DNA from: a virus
Virus record (IMG/VR): IMGVR_UViG_3300025684_000012
Direction: 5' to 3' (one strand)
DNA length: 64,000 nucleotides
The position numbers and the translations under genes are program-made. Every line of letters begins with the position of its first letter. Positions within the stretch are counted from its first letter, which is position 1. Positions 1-9,323 of this stretch are shown here, piece by piece. The notes under the pieces were generated by a model that was given only the letters and a program-made list of their open reading frames with translations, did no database searches and was not told where the DNA came from.

Positions 1-47
1 CCAGTATCTTCCTCAATTTTAGCTACATATTTTACTACTGTTGTCAT
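1..47 (-). CDS. partial CDS (5' end only), hypothetical tail-associated protein
   Basis: ATG at 47 with AGGA upstream; frame open to the window edge (MTTVVKYVAKIEEDT). Confidence 0.5.
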   Translation of the reverse strand, partial: MTTVVKYVAKIEEDT

Positions 48-65
48 TTCAATAATTTCCTCTTT

Positions 66-782
66 TTAAATTTGCTCAGCAATCCATATAGGACCATAAT
101 TATCATAATAATACGTTGGTTCGAACCCCTGACCACCCGCTGGATCAGGTTCATCCTTATCCATATCTAGGTGGTATGCATTTTGAGTACCAGGCTGTGG
201 GATTATGCAGGCTTTACTTCCTAAGGAATCCCAGTAAGTCCAGTCAGCGCTGATATATTTTGAGGCGTCCGTACTAATTGGATCGGAGCCATATCCATTA
301 AGAGCCCTAGCTGGAATAATAGAATTAACGCGTAATCCAGCATTGAATTTAATTTTTCTAGAATCGAAGGCAGACTCCCCACCAGCCGTCAACACTTGTA
401 AACCATACTCGCCAACCGCGGTTACATTTGTTACATCTTCCATAATAATATACTGGACGGATCTTAGGGCATACGCTTGATTCCAAGCAAACCCATCACG
501 GTTATATGCTGCGTAGTCGGATGATACAAATTTCATAACTGGGCCACCGAGGGTACCGGCTAAAATAGCTACCTCGTCGTCTACTCCCTGTACATAGTTT
601 CCGTTAGCGTCGGTATGGGGTCTAATGAACACTAATCTGTTTTTACCGTAACCGGAAACAGGTACCGACCACCCAGACCCCATGGCGGTGATAACATAGT
701 TGACAAGCCCTCGCTCGGTATCAAGTTGGATAATCTCGTTACCGCCACCATCAAATGATTTAACAACTAATCCGTAACTCAT
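66..782 (-). CDS. tail fibre tip-associated protein
   Basis: Two YGL(V/Q)V...G...(L/F)D(T/S) motifs like those of proteins encoded downstream of gpJ-like tail-tip genes; context. Confidence 0.55.
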   Translation of the reverse strand: MSYGLVVKSFDGGGNEIIQLDTERGLVNYVITAMGSGWSVPVSGYGKNRLVFIRPHTDANGNYVQGVDDEVAILAGTLGGPVMKFVSSDYAAYNRDGFAWNQAYALRSVQYIIMEDVTNVTAVGEYGLQVLTAGGESAFDSRKIKFNAGLRVNSIIPARALNGYGSDPISTDASKYISADWTYWDSLGSKACIIPQPGTQNAYHLDMDKDEPDPAGGQGFEPTYYYDNYGPIWIAEQI

Positions 783-1633
783 TATGCTATCCTCGCTGCT
801 ATTATAACTGGAGCTGATGCGGTAGAGCGATCGTTTATCACTGTCAGTGTGTTGCCTGATACAGAATAGCTTATAGAAGTATACCTGAAACCAAACGCTA
901 CAATAACTTTGGTAGGATCCCCTACATCTTCTATTGTAATATTTGTCGTTGAGTATGGTCCAACCGAAACACTACCGTAAAATACTAGGTTTAATACTCT
1001 AGTTGTAGGGTTGATAATTTCAGTTACACCATCTGGTCCATATACCACCAGACCATATTCAGCATCCGATGCTGGCGCACCAGTATACGTAGGAGGAGCT
1101 CCAGTACCACCAGAAATTGTACTAACACGAGTCGTAGTTCTTGTATAGTCGCCTACAGAAGTTCTGGTGAATGTTCCACTAAATGTGTTCGTAGAGCTTC
1201 TAGTATATAATCCGCTGTACCCCCTGGAATACACTCCTAGGAATGATCGGGCATAGTTACCGGCAAATAACCGCGAATATCCCCCAGCTGATGATACTGT
1301 ATAAAACCCTTGGTACGCTCTTGTGTAATACCCAATATAGTTTCTCGAGTAATACCCAATTGACTCTACGGTTCTAGATCTACTAAACGATCTAACATAA
1401 TTACCGGTGAAGTTTCCAATGAAATCGCCGACGAATGACCTAGAATAAAACGCAGTACTTTCGTTACCATCCTCAAAATTCGCATATGATATTAGTCGAG
1501 TACTAGCAGTACCTGCTCTAGTCCTAGTATAATCTACGACTCTTGGAGTACCTGAAAAGTCAGCTGTAGTGCCTCCTGTTCGGGTGCTAATTCTAGTAAA
1601 TGTGGAGGTTCTTGTATAATAGGATTCAGGCAT
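782..1633 (-). CDS. tail-associated protein: N-terminal (Y/F)-x-R repeat region plus C-terminal YGLVVYGPDG domain
   Basis: 283-aa ORF coupled to both neighbours; 14 (Y/F)xR motifs in the first ~170 aa. Confidence 0.6.
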   Translation of the reverse strand: MPESYYTRTSTFTRISTRTGGTTADFSGTPRVVDYTRTRAGTASTRLISYANFEDGNESTAFYSRSFVGDFIGNFTGNYVRSFSRSRTVESIGYYSRNYIGYYTRAYQGFYTVSSAGGYSRLFAGNYARSFLGVYSRGYSGLYTRSSTNTFSGTFTRTSVGDYTRTTTRVSTISGGTGAPPTYTGAPASDAEYGLVVYGPDGVTEIINPTTRVLNLVFYGSVSVGPYSTTNITIEDVGDPTKVIVAFGFRYTSISYSVSGNTLTVINDRSTASAPVIIAARIA

Positions 1634-2169
1634 TACGGCTCAATCCCCCCATTAGGAGCGGTGAATAATATAGATGTTATTGTACCAGTACGCGATATAG
1701 TCCTACTGTAGGTCCCACCATAATAAGCCGTATACACCGCAGCAAAATATCCTTGACTACCCACTCTAGTGTAAAATGGGGTAAAGTATTGATATCTGGA
1801 AAATGAACGAACGAAAAGTCGAGAGCTCGTTACCGACGTTCGTGTTCTAGTAAAATTTTGTGTTCTGTCTCTGGTGTATGCAGAGACTCTAGAAACGGTG
1901 AACGTTCTAGTATAAGTCCCAGCAAATGATTGGGAATAATTACCCGCAAACGCTCTACTATAATACCCAGAAAAAGTTCTAACAAATGTTCCGGAATAAG
2001 TGCTTTGTCTATTCCTGGTATAGGTTGACGGGCGCAGTCGCGTAAAGGTTGCAGAAAATGTATTTGTTGTATCGGAGCTATACGAAGATACACGATTTCG
2101 AGTGAACGACGTTACGTAGTTCCCTGCGAATGATAATGTCCTTGTATACGATACTGTAAAATCAGCCAT
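1633..2169 (-). CDS. Tyr/Phe/Arg/Thr/Ser-rich repeat protein
   Basis: 178-aa ORF with AAGGA SD; 13 (Y/F)xR motifs. Confidence 0.6.
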   Translation of the reverse strand: MADFTVSYTRTLSFAGNYVTSFTRNRVSSYSSDTTNTFSATFTRLRPSTYTRNRQSTYSGTFVRTFSGYYSRAFAGNYSQSFAGTYTRTFTVSRVSAYTRDRTQNFTRTRTSVTSSRLFVRSFSRYQYFTPFYTRVGSQGYFAAVYTAYYGGTYSRTISRTGTITSILFTAPNGGIEP

Positions 2170-2180
2170 TTTTTAATCCT

Positions 2181-3776
2181 TTATGCTAGCCGGCCAAATC
2201 TAACGCGGGGGTTACCACCAGCATCAAATATCTGCATTAAGTCATTAGTCATTGTCATGGACCCGGCCGTAGTACTAGAGCTTATATTTAGGGATCCTGT
2301 AACAGTAGCGTTTGATAGTAGAATCTGGTCACCGTCGACGGTAAATGGCCGAATAGCACTGTCCGATGAGTTTACTATAGCAAACTTATCAGCAAAGATG
2401 GACATAGCGGCAGTTTCGCCATTATTGTTAAATTCAATACCAGCTACATGACCATTAGCATCTAAGTTTAGAGTATACCCAACTTCAACACTAAGATCGA
2501 TACCGTCTATTCTAGTGTTGAGGGTCTGCTCGGCGGTTGCTACCGTATTATTAATCGTTTGTGTTAGTGATGTGGTTGCGTTCTGTACAGCTGTAGTGAG
2601 CTCTCCATCCGTAACATATGTATTTGATAATGTTGTCAACGCAGTTTGGACATCACTATCGATTTTGTTGTTAAGAGTTACCTCTAACTGGGAAATAGCA
2701 TTTAAATTGCCACTGTCGCCTGCTACAACTTCGGCTCTGAGATCGGACACCGCATCTGCAATTACATCGGTTAATGCCCCAGCGCTATCGAGTAACGTTA
2801 GCTTAGAGTTTAGGCTTGTTATTGATGCAGATACAACTCCGATTTTATCAGAGTTTGCGTAAATTCTAGTATATAAATCATCAGTAATACCACCCACTGC
2901 TGCAGCAACATCATCTGGGTTGATCTCTAATCCACTATCAATGGCATTTTGTAGAGTTACTTGGAAGCTATCAAACCGGCCGGATAGTACTTCAAGCTCA
3001 TCCGAGTTAGCTGTGGCAGATGCCACAAGATTGGAAATTGCTGTTGAATTAGCTTGTATTAGGGGGGATAATGTACTATCAAGTAATGATAGGTCAGCTG
3101 ATAAGTTCGTAACGGCCTGAGAGACAACACTGATCTCATCTGAGTTAGCATTTATTCTAGTATCTAATGTGGTGAGTGCGCCACCAATCGCTTGCACAAT
3201 TACTGCGGAATCCAATTCGATACTGCCAGTAAATTGAGCTTCTAAACTCACCAGATCCTGTGATAATACCTCAATGCCACTATCGAGCACAGATATCTGG
3301 GAAGTTAACCCACTATAAGCAGTCGACAGTGCTGATACATCTGAATCTAGATTAGTGTAGTTGGTTGATAGATTGGTATAGTCTTGGGCTAATAATACTA
3401 AGCCCCCTTCAACATTATCTACTCTAGCTACTAAGCCAGTCTCAGCTAATATACTGTAAAATTGACTCGAGTCTATAGAACCATCAAGATTCAAATTAAG
3501 TATTATGGATTGTATGAAATCCGAATCTATAATATTAATTATAGTACTTTGATCGAGGTAGTTATTGATAGTGTCGCTGTTTATGAATTGATTAATTACG
3601 CTACTGTCAATATAATTATTGATAATATTGTTGATGACATCGCTATCAATATAATTATTGATGGTATTGTTGATGGCATCGCTATCCGCCGTCCAGCTGA
3701 TAAGGTCGAAGTTTTCATTCATCTTATCAACAGCGGCGTTGATGTGATCAGCTAGATTGATTATTTGAAAAGCCAT
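2181..3776 (-). CDS. tail fibre protein (coiled coil, gpJ/DUF1983-like C-terminal domain)
   Basis: N-terminal DKMNENF attachment-like motif, heptad stalk, C-terminal DANGHVAGI...ADKF...RVRFGRL. Confidence 0.7.
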   Translation of the reverse strand: MAFQIINLADHINAAVDKMNENFDLISWTADSDAINNTINNYIDSDVINNIINNYIDSSVINQFINSDTINNYLDQSTIINIIDSDFIQSIILNLNLDGSIDSSQFYSILAETGLVARVDNVEGGLVLLAQDYTNLSTNYTNLDSDVSALSTAYSGLTSQISVLDSGIEVLSQDLVSLEAQFTGSIELDSAVIVQAIGGALTTLDTRINANSDEISVVSQAVTNLSADLSLLDSTLSPLIQANSTAISNLVASATANSDELEVLSGRFDSFQVTLQNAIDSGLEINPDDVAAAVGGITDDLYTRIYANSDKIGVVSASITSLNSKLTLLDSAGALTDVIADAVSDLRAEVVAGDSGNLNAISQLEVTLNNKIDSDVQTALTTLSNTYVTDGELTTAVQNATTSLTQTINNTVATAEQTLNTRIDGIDLSVEVGYTLNLDANGHVAGIEFNNNGETAAMSIFADKFAIVNSSDSAIRPFTVDGDQILLSNATVTGSLNISSSTTAGSMTMTNDLMQIFDAGGNPRVRFGRLA

Positions 3777-3977
3777 TTACAATTTCTCCACTATTAGAGA
3801 AAGCAACGACTTTATTTCTGCTATCTCTTTCTCTAAGGTATTTATTCTATCCAGCTCTTGTTGATGAGCAGCTTTTCTAGCTTTGGCCTGAGAAATCCCA
3901 GAGCGATCCATATTGAGAATCGCTCCGGTTCTTTTATCTCTCATTAGATGAGTGTGACCCTTTACTTTTTGTAACAT
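3777..3977 (-). CDS. small conserved T4-like phage protein
   Basis: KVKGHTHLMRDKRTGAILN plus C-terminal coiled coil; usual position after the DUF4815-like gene. Confidence 0.65.
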   Translation of the reverse strand: MLQKVKGHTHLMRDKRTGAILNMDRSGISQAKARKAAHQQELDRINTLEKEIAEIKSLLSLIVEKL

Positions 3978-3978
3978 A

Positions 3979-6900
3979 TTAAACAGCCAACGCTATTGTT
4001 CTGAAGTCGCTGATGATAGGAATCTTCGAAGAGTTGGTTGATTGCATTACAACCCTAGCTTGGAATATATTGAATTGATCATCAGTGTCTATGGTGTATG
4101 AATATTCTCTAAACACGTTTCGACTCTCGTCACTCGGTATGTTATTATCAGCGTCAACCAACACCCACTCAGATACCTCTAGTGAAGATTCGTCTGCTGC
4201 TGTTTTAACATAAACCTCAAACTCGACTGTACTTGGCCGATGGGCCGAAAATAGTATTTTAAGCCCTACAGCTGACTCATCTAGGATTACAGGTGTAGTA
4301 ATATGCTGAGCAGCCGTTCCCATATCAATAACGTTCTCTAGTGTCATTACTGATACCCGTTGAAGATCAATCAAGGGAGATACTTTAGTATCAGTGGTTG
4401 ATAGAGTGATGTTGAAGGTCATGTCATCAGGCGATGCTATAATCGTCGGTCTATCGTTCAGGTTGAGATCGTTGATGAATACCTGCTTTGAGCCCACAGA
4501 TGAATATGCACCATTATACAGAGGGTTGTTACGGTTTCCTCCAAACGAGGCTCCAGATGTTTGAGTTACTGTTGCCGTTATACGTGTTCCGTTAGGAGTG
4601 ATGTTGGCAATGTTAGGAGTCATCTCGTCAATCATGATCTGCTCACTTGCTACAACTGAAGAGCCTCCTCCTAGTACAGAAGCGGTGGCTACTGTCCCCA
4701 CGTTAATCTGATATCCTTCCCAAGACACACTTGCTATTAGATGGGTACTATTTAAACTTGCTGCAGGGATTCCTCCAATAGTACCCTGGACGCCACTAAT
4801 CTCAACTTCGTCATTTGCGTTGAATCCATGACCCTGATGGGCAATGTTTACTAACGCACTATTCTTCTCAACTGAGATAGGATTTGGACCTAATGTAATC
4901 TTAGGTACTTCTGTGTTAGATAACACTACATTGGCAGTTGTATCAAACTCAGCGCGATATAACTCAAACATTAAGTCTCTCGTTTGATCGGGTGTCCAAG
5001 TAGAACCATTCTGTGATAAGAATAGTGAGCCAAGAGTTGGCTGCTTATCCACTCTACCTTCTCGCTGATTCGGCCCAAGGATAAACTCGTAGGTTTCAGC
5101 AACGTACGCGTTGTATTCAACCGATTCGGCTAACAGTACTATGGCATACTCTTCGCCTGGGGTTAAATACACAGGTTCATCGAAATCAATATCTGTACCA
5201 CCAAACAATCGAACATCTGCTATATCAGTATCGGGCGTTAATGGCACCACGTTGATATTCGAAGGGGATACAAACTTATTTGATCCAGGGACGATTCGTG
5301 TAGTTGGTATGCCATTTTCTACGGGTCGGATTTGTACTTGTAACGGAATCGCGCTATCTTTACTCTCCATGAATACTTTAACATGGGTTAGGAACAACCC
5401 ATTAGGATTCTCGACTTGATCGATGAAGAACGTTTGAGCGAGAGGATCTATGCGCTCAGAGATAGTTTCTACGATTCGTGTACTGCGAATGGTGCGTTGT
5501 ACCGCATCAATACGACCGACCGATTCATAGTTAGCTCTCGATGATGAAATAGCCATATCGTCATCGTTGATGCTAACGTCAAGTAATTTAAATTCTTGTT
5601 GACCAGTACGGAATGACATACTGGGGGTGTTTGGTACAAAGAATGACCCAATCAATACACCGTTGTCGTCTGTTACTAGCTCTGTAGACCCATTCGGGTG
5701 TCCGCTAGCGCTAGCAAACTCACTTCCGGACTCTCTTGGGTTATCGGAGAAAAGTCTAAATACATTTTCTTGACGCACCCATGGCTGCACAGATTGGTTA
5801 CCGAAGAAGGCAAACATTCTAGTTTTTGGTCTCAGTCCTTCGACCCGGAAATAAACTTCACGAGATCTCATGAACGGCACTACTTCAACGTCAACAACCT
5901 GCTCTCCTAAAAACTCTTGGATAGTGGTTTCTACGATTCGCGATGTAACCCTACCACCGCGTCCGCCACCAGTTCTATCGGTGCTGGTTCGACGTACGTT
6001 GGATTGCATAATCTCGGGCAGCTGACGTACTTCTACCCACTCATCCGTAGCTGGAGATAATGTCATGTGACCGGTTTGCGTAATTACAGCGAACGGATTG
6101 ATATTCATTCTGCCAGTGGCCAGTAGCTGACTAGCTAGTAACGTGTTAACATGAGGCAGTACTGCAACATCCCCTTTCTTAACAGCCGAGCTTTGCCTCA
6201 TAGCGAGACGCACAGAGTTCTCTCTAAACGACGGCATCAACTCTCCACTTGTTGGTTCAACTGAAGCGCGATAATCGGGGTTATTCAAATCACAGAAGTT
6301 TAGTGATCTGAAGTTGTCAGCTATGAATCCTGATTTGGTACGGTTATTACCGAGCTCGTCCAATACCGCCAGTGTTGCTGTATCTGCTTCGAGTAAGCTA
6401 AGTGTGGTAAGCTCAAACAAGGTATCGATTCGGTCTTCCAACTTTGCAATGTCTTGCATAGTGAACCGTTTGTGCGGAATCCTAGTAGTAGATAAATCAT
6501 TCTTATCTGCTGTATAAGCATTCAGATCTATCTGGAATAATGATAGCGAACCAACCGGCACTTGAGGTGGACGGGGATCTAGCGCCGCCTCACCTTCAAT
6601 TATTTGTAGGCGTCCAGTACCAAGTCTACCCCTCGAATCTAGAGTATTAGCTACCAGAAGGTCTATACGCGGTAAGTAGTAAGTAGCGTCGACGCTGATA
6701 ATACTTTTGTTTCTTGGTAGTGTGTTGATGCTACTCGACTGAATACCATCCGCTAAAATTACCGGACGGAAGTCTAATACATCAGTCAGTTGTATTGTAT
6801 CACCAGAAGATGTTTTATATGACGGTACGTTACTGTAAATTGTAGGGTACGACTCGACACTGAAATAGTCCCCGTCCCCATGGAAGTAGTGCTGAAAAAT

Positions 6901-9315
6901 AACAGTATACTGAGAACCTGCTTCTGCAGTTAATCCAGATTTCAGTCTAAGTTTAATTGGTCCGTAATAATTATCACGCTGACCGCCATCAAACTCAAAT
7001 GACCCAGTAACGTCGTTACCTGAAGCATCAACGATCTGAACTAATTTGGTGCCATCAGCATAATCTAACGTGATAGCGGAGAGATCTAGGCTACTGGCCA
7101 ACGCTTGACGAGATACGGCATAATAGGTATAATTCTCGCCCGTAGTGCTTCCCTCTCCTTGAGTATAGTAACCGGTGTAGGTACTTGCTCTAGATCGGGT
7201 ATATGAGGAGCTACGCGTATAGTTTCCGACGAATGTACTTGCCCGGCCTGGACCAGAATAAGTGTTAGTTGCCATTCGGGTGAAAGGTAGCTCTAGAAAG
7301 TCAGGCTCACCTGGTCTAAGTTCAATCTCTAAAAATCTAGAGTATGATTCTTCTTCCACACGCGTAAAACCCGGCGCAGCGTAAATGCTGGCTCTGACCC
7401 TAGTAAAGTCTAGTGGTCGGACATAGTTACCTACGAAGTCTACATAATTTAGATTGGTAGATGTTGGAGCCGTAAAGGTAGTTGTAAACGTGGGCGTTTG
7501 AGTGCTTCCGCGAGTATACTGGAATCCTTCAGCATTAAGGGTAGTGATATCTGATGCACCACTAGCTGTAGTAATCAGCTCACCGTTCCACACAATACTT
7601 GCGGCTCCAGTTCTGTTTTCCACTCGCCACATTGTAGTACCCTGTATAAATGTTGGGCCTTGTACAGGGGCTACGCCGTCACCAATAGTAACATTTTCTG
7701 TTATAGTGACTGGGATTTTAGATCTAACCCTGGGGTTAGATGATTCAAAGTAATATGTGACTATGTATGGAGTCGAAGGCGTGAGCCCAGTAATTTTATT
7801 TGATGTTGTACTCCACCCAGTGGCAAGACCTACTCCAGTCTGGAATATTACGGGAAGATATGACCCATTAATAGTATCGGAAATTAGTATTTCACCAGAG
7901 CTGTTTGCCACAGCTTCGATTGTACGCTGTGAGGTAAAATTAGTATCAACAATACCTTGAGGACGTGAGTGAGGAAGTGGAAACAGTAACGTGTTGTCGA
8001 TTCCGCCAAGTAGGCCAGGAACTTTTAATGTGCACGAACCGCTCACTCCAGTGATAGTTGTTACGTCTCTGAAGTTAGACCCTACAGGCATTTGTATATT
8101 GAAAAGATAAAGCCTATATTCACCGCCTACGTTTTCAATAGCACGAACGTTTGCAGTCCCCCCATTACCCAAGCTAACTTGATCGAATGAGGTTAACTCG
8201 CTCAATCCGGTACTTTGGGTAGGGTCGATGATCACGTAATTACCGTATTGGGCTATTACGCTATCATTGTTTACGGTACCGGTCGCACGAGCGCGCCCGA
8301 CATCTAAATTAGTAGTACCGAAGTCTAATCGGTAGCCATCGACATAAGCAGTTCCTGGGGTGACCTCTAGATTTAGAGTTAGATCATCCTTGTCCTGCAT
8401 TATTGTTTTGAATTCGCGGGCTACATAATCCCCCGATTCTTCTTTGGTACGAGTAGCGAGTAAGTCGTTAATGATATTATAATCATCTTTAGCGTCAACT
8501 TCACGCGTGATTACCCCATTGACAATCCGAGCTACAAACACAAAGTTTTCTTCCTCTGTGAGAGCGTCGCGGGTAGTGGGAGTCAATTCAATCTTGTATC
8601 GGTGAGCACCTGGGGCTGCGGTGTTTGGAAAAGCACCCTGATTATCGTATAGAGTAACGTCTTCTCCTTCCGTAATAACACTTTCCACTACTTGGAATCC
8701 AAAGTCCACGGTTGGCTTGGAATTATACTTGTCGATGTAAGTTGATTGCTGAGGAGAGTGAACGAAATGGCCAGCAACGAAGAAAACTCCTTCGTTGACG
8801 GATATACTAGTTCCAGTACCCACAGCAGGAACGTCTCCATCTAAAGCTACGGTAAGAGGAAAGGTTGTAGCTCCTACGGGCGTTAATATCTCGCTTGGGT
8901 TGACGCGTGCAGGAACACTCGTGTCAACTACTGCAGAGGTGTCGACGTATCTAACATATAATGTTTGAGGATCTACATCAGTAGCTTCATGGTACTCTTC
9001 TACCATGAACTTGATTCCCTGCGCATTTTGGTACTGTTGTCCTACAATATTCTCGGGCACCAGAGTACCAGCTTGCAGCCGGATATACTCTTTAGAGTTG
9101 TCGATTATTGAGCCACCAGCTTTAACTGTGGCTCCTTCACGAAAGATGTTACGTCCAAACCGCGCTATCTCTTCATGGAGTATAGTCTGCAGCTCATTTA
9201 GTTCGCGAGCTTGTAGTGCTTTACCTGAATTGAATAAAACACGATGATAACCGCTTTCTTTATCATAAAAGTCACGATATGTTTCTTTAAATGTCTTACT
9301 GGTGAAATTGCTCAT
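3979..9315 (-). CDS. large virion structural protein (DUF4815/VrlC-like)
   Basis: YRDFY..GYHRVLF..GKALQARELNELQ, APGAHRYKI, RTKEESGDY, DPLAQTF motifs. Confidence 0.85.
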   Translation of the reverse strand: MSNFTSKTFKETYRDFYDKESGYHRVLFNSGKALQARELNELQTILHEEIARFGRNIFREGATVKAGGSIIDNSKEYIRLQAGTLVPENIVGQQYQNAQGIKFMVEEYHEATDVDPQTLYVRYVDTSAVVDTSVPARVNPSEILTPVGATTFPLTVALDGDVPAVGTGTSISVNEGVFFVAGHFVHSPQQSTYIDKYNSKPTVDFGFQVVESVITEGEDVTLYDNQGAFPNTAAPGAHRYKIELTPTTRDALTEEENFVFVARIVNGVITREVDAKDDYNIINDLLATRTKEESGDYVAREFKTIMQDKDDLTLNLEVTPGTAYVDGYRLDFGTTNLDVGRARATGTVNNDSVIAQYGNYVIIDPTQSTGLSELTSFDQVSLGNGGTANVRAIENVGGEYRLYLFNIQMPVGSNFRDVTTITGVSGSCTLKVPGLLGGIDNTLLFPLPHSRPQGIVDTNFTSQRTIEAVANSSGEILISDTINGSYLPVIFQTGVGLATGWSTTSNKITGLTPSTPYIVTYYFESSNPRVRSKIPVTITENVTIGDGVAPVQGPTFIQGTTMWRVENRTGAASIVWNGELITTASGASDITTLNAEGFQYTRGSTQTPTFTTTFTAPTSTNLNYVDFVGNYVRPLDFTRVRASIYAAPGFTRVEEESYSRFLEIELRPGEPDFLELPFTRMATNTYSGPGRASTFVGNYTRSSSYTRSRASTYTGYYTQGEGSTTGENYTYYAVSRQALASSLDLSAITLDYADGTKLVQIVDASGNDVTGSFEFDGGQRDNYYGPIKLRLKSGLTAEAGSQYTVIFQHYFHGDGDYFSVESYPTIYSNVPSYKTSSGDTIQLTDVLDFRPVILADGIQSSSINTLPRNKSIISVDATYYLPRIDLLVANTLDSRGRLGTGRLQIIEGEAALDPRPPQVPVGSLSLFQIDLNAYTADKNDLSTTRIPHKRFTMQDIAKLEDRIDTLFELTTLSLLEADTATLAVLDELGNNRTKSGFIADNFRSLNFCDLNNPDYRASVEPTSGELMPSFRENSVRLAMRQSSAVKKGDVAVLPHVNTLLASQLLATGRMNINPFAVITQTGHMTLSPATDEWVEVRQLPEIMQSNVRRTSTDRTGGGRGGRVTSRIVETTIQEFLGEQVVDVEVVPFMRSREVYFRVEGLRPKTRMFAFFGNQSVQPWVRQENVFRLFSDNPRESGSEFASASGHPNGSTELVTDDNGVLIGSFFVPNTPSMSFRTGQQEFKLLDVSINDDDMAISSSRANYESVGRIDAVQRTIRSTRIVETISERIDPLAQTFFIDQVENPNGLFLTHVKVFMESKDSAIPLQVQIRPVENGIPTTRIVPGSNKFVSPSNINVVPLTPDTDIADVRLFGGTDIDFDEPVYLTPGEEYAIVLLAESVEYNAYVAETYEFILGPNQREGRVDKQPTLGSLFLSQNGSTWTPDQTRDLMFELYRAEFDTTANVVLSNTEVPKITLGPNPISVEKNSALVNIAHQGHGFNANDEVEISGVQGTIGGIPAASLNSTHLIASVSWEGYQINVGTVATASVLGGGSSVVASEQIMIDEMTPNIANITPNGTRITATVTQTSGASFGGNRNNPLYNGAYSSVGSKQVFINDLNLNDRPTIIASPDDMTFNITLSTTDTKVSPLIDLQRVSVMTLENVIDMGTAAQHITTPVILDESAVGLKILFSAHRPSTVEFEVYVKTAADESSLEVSEWVLVDADNNIPSDESRNVFREYSYTIDTDDQFNIFQARVVMQSTNSSKIPIISDFRTIALAV

Positions 9316-9323
9316 CGGTTATC

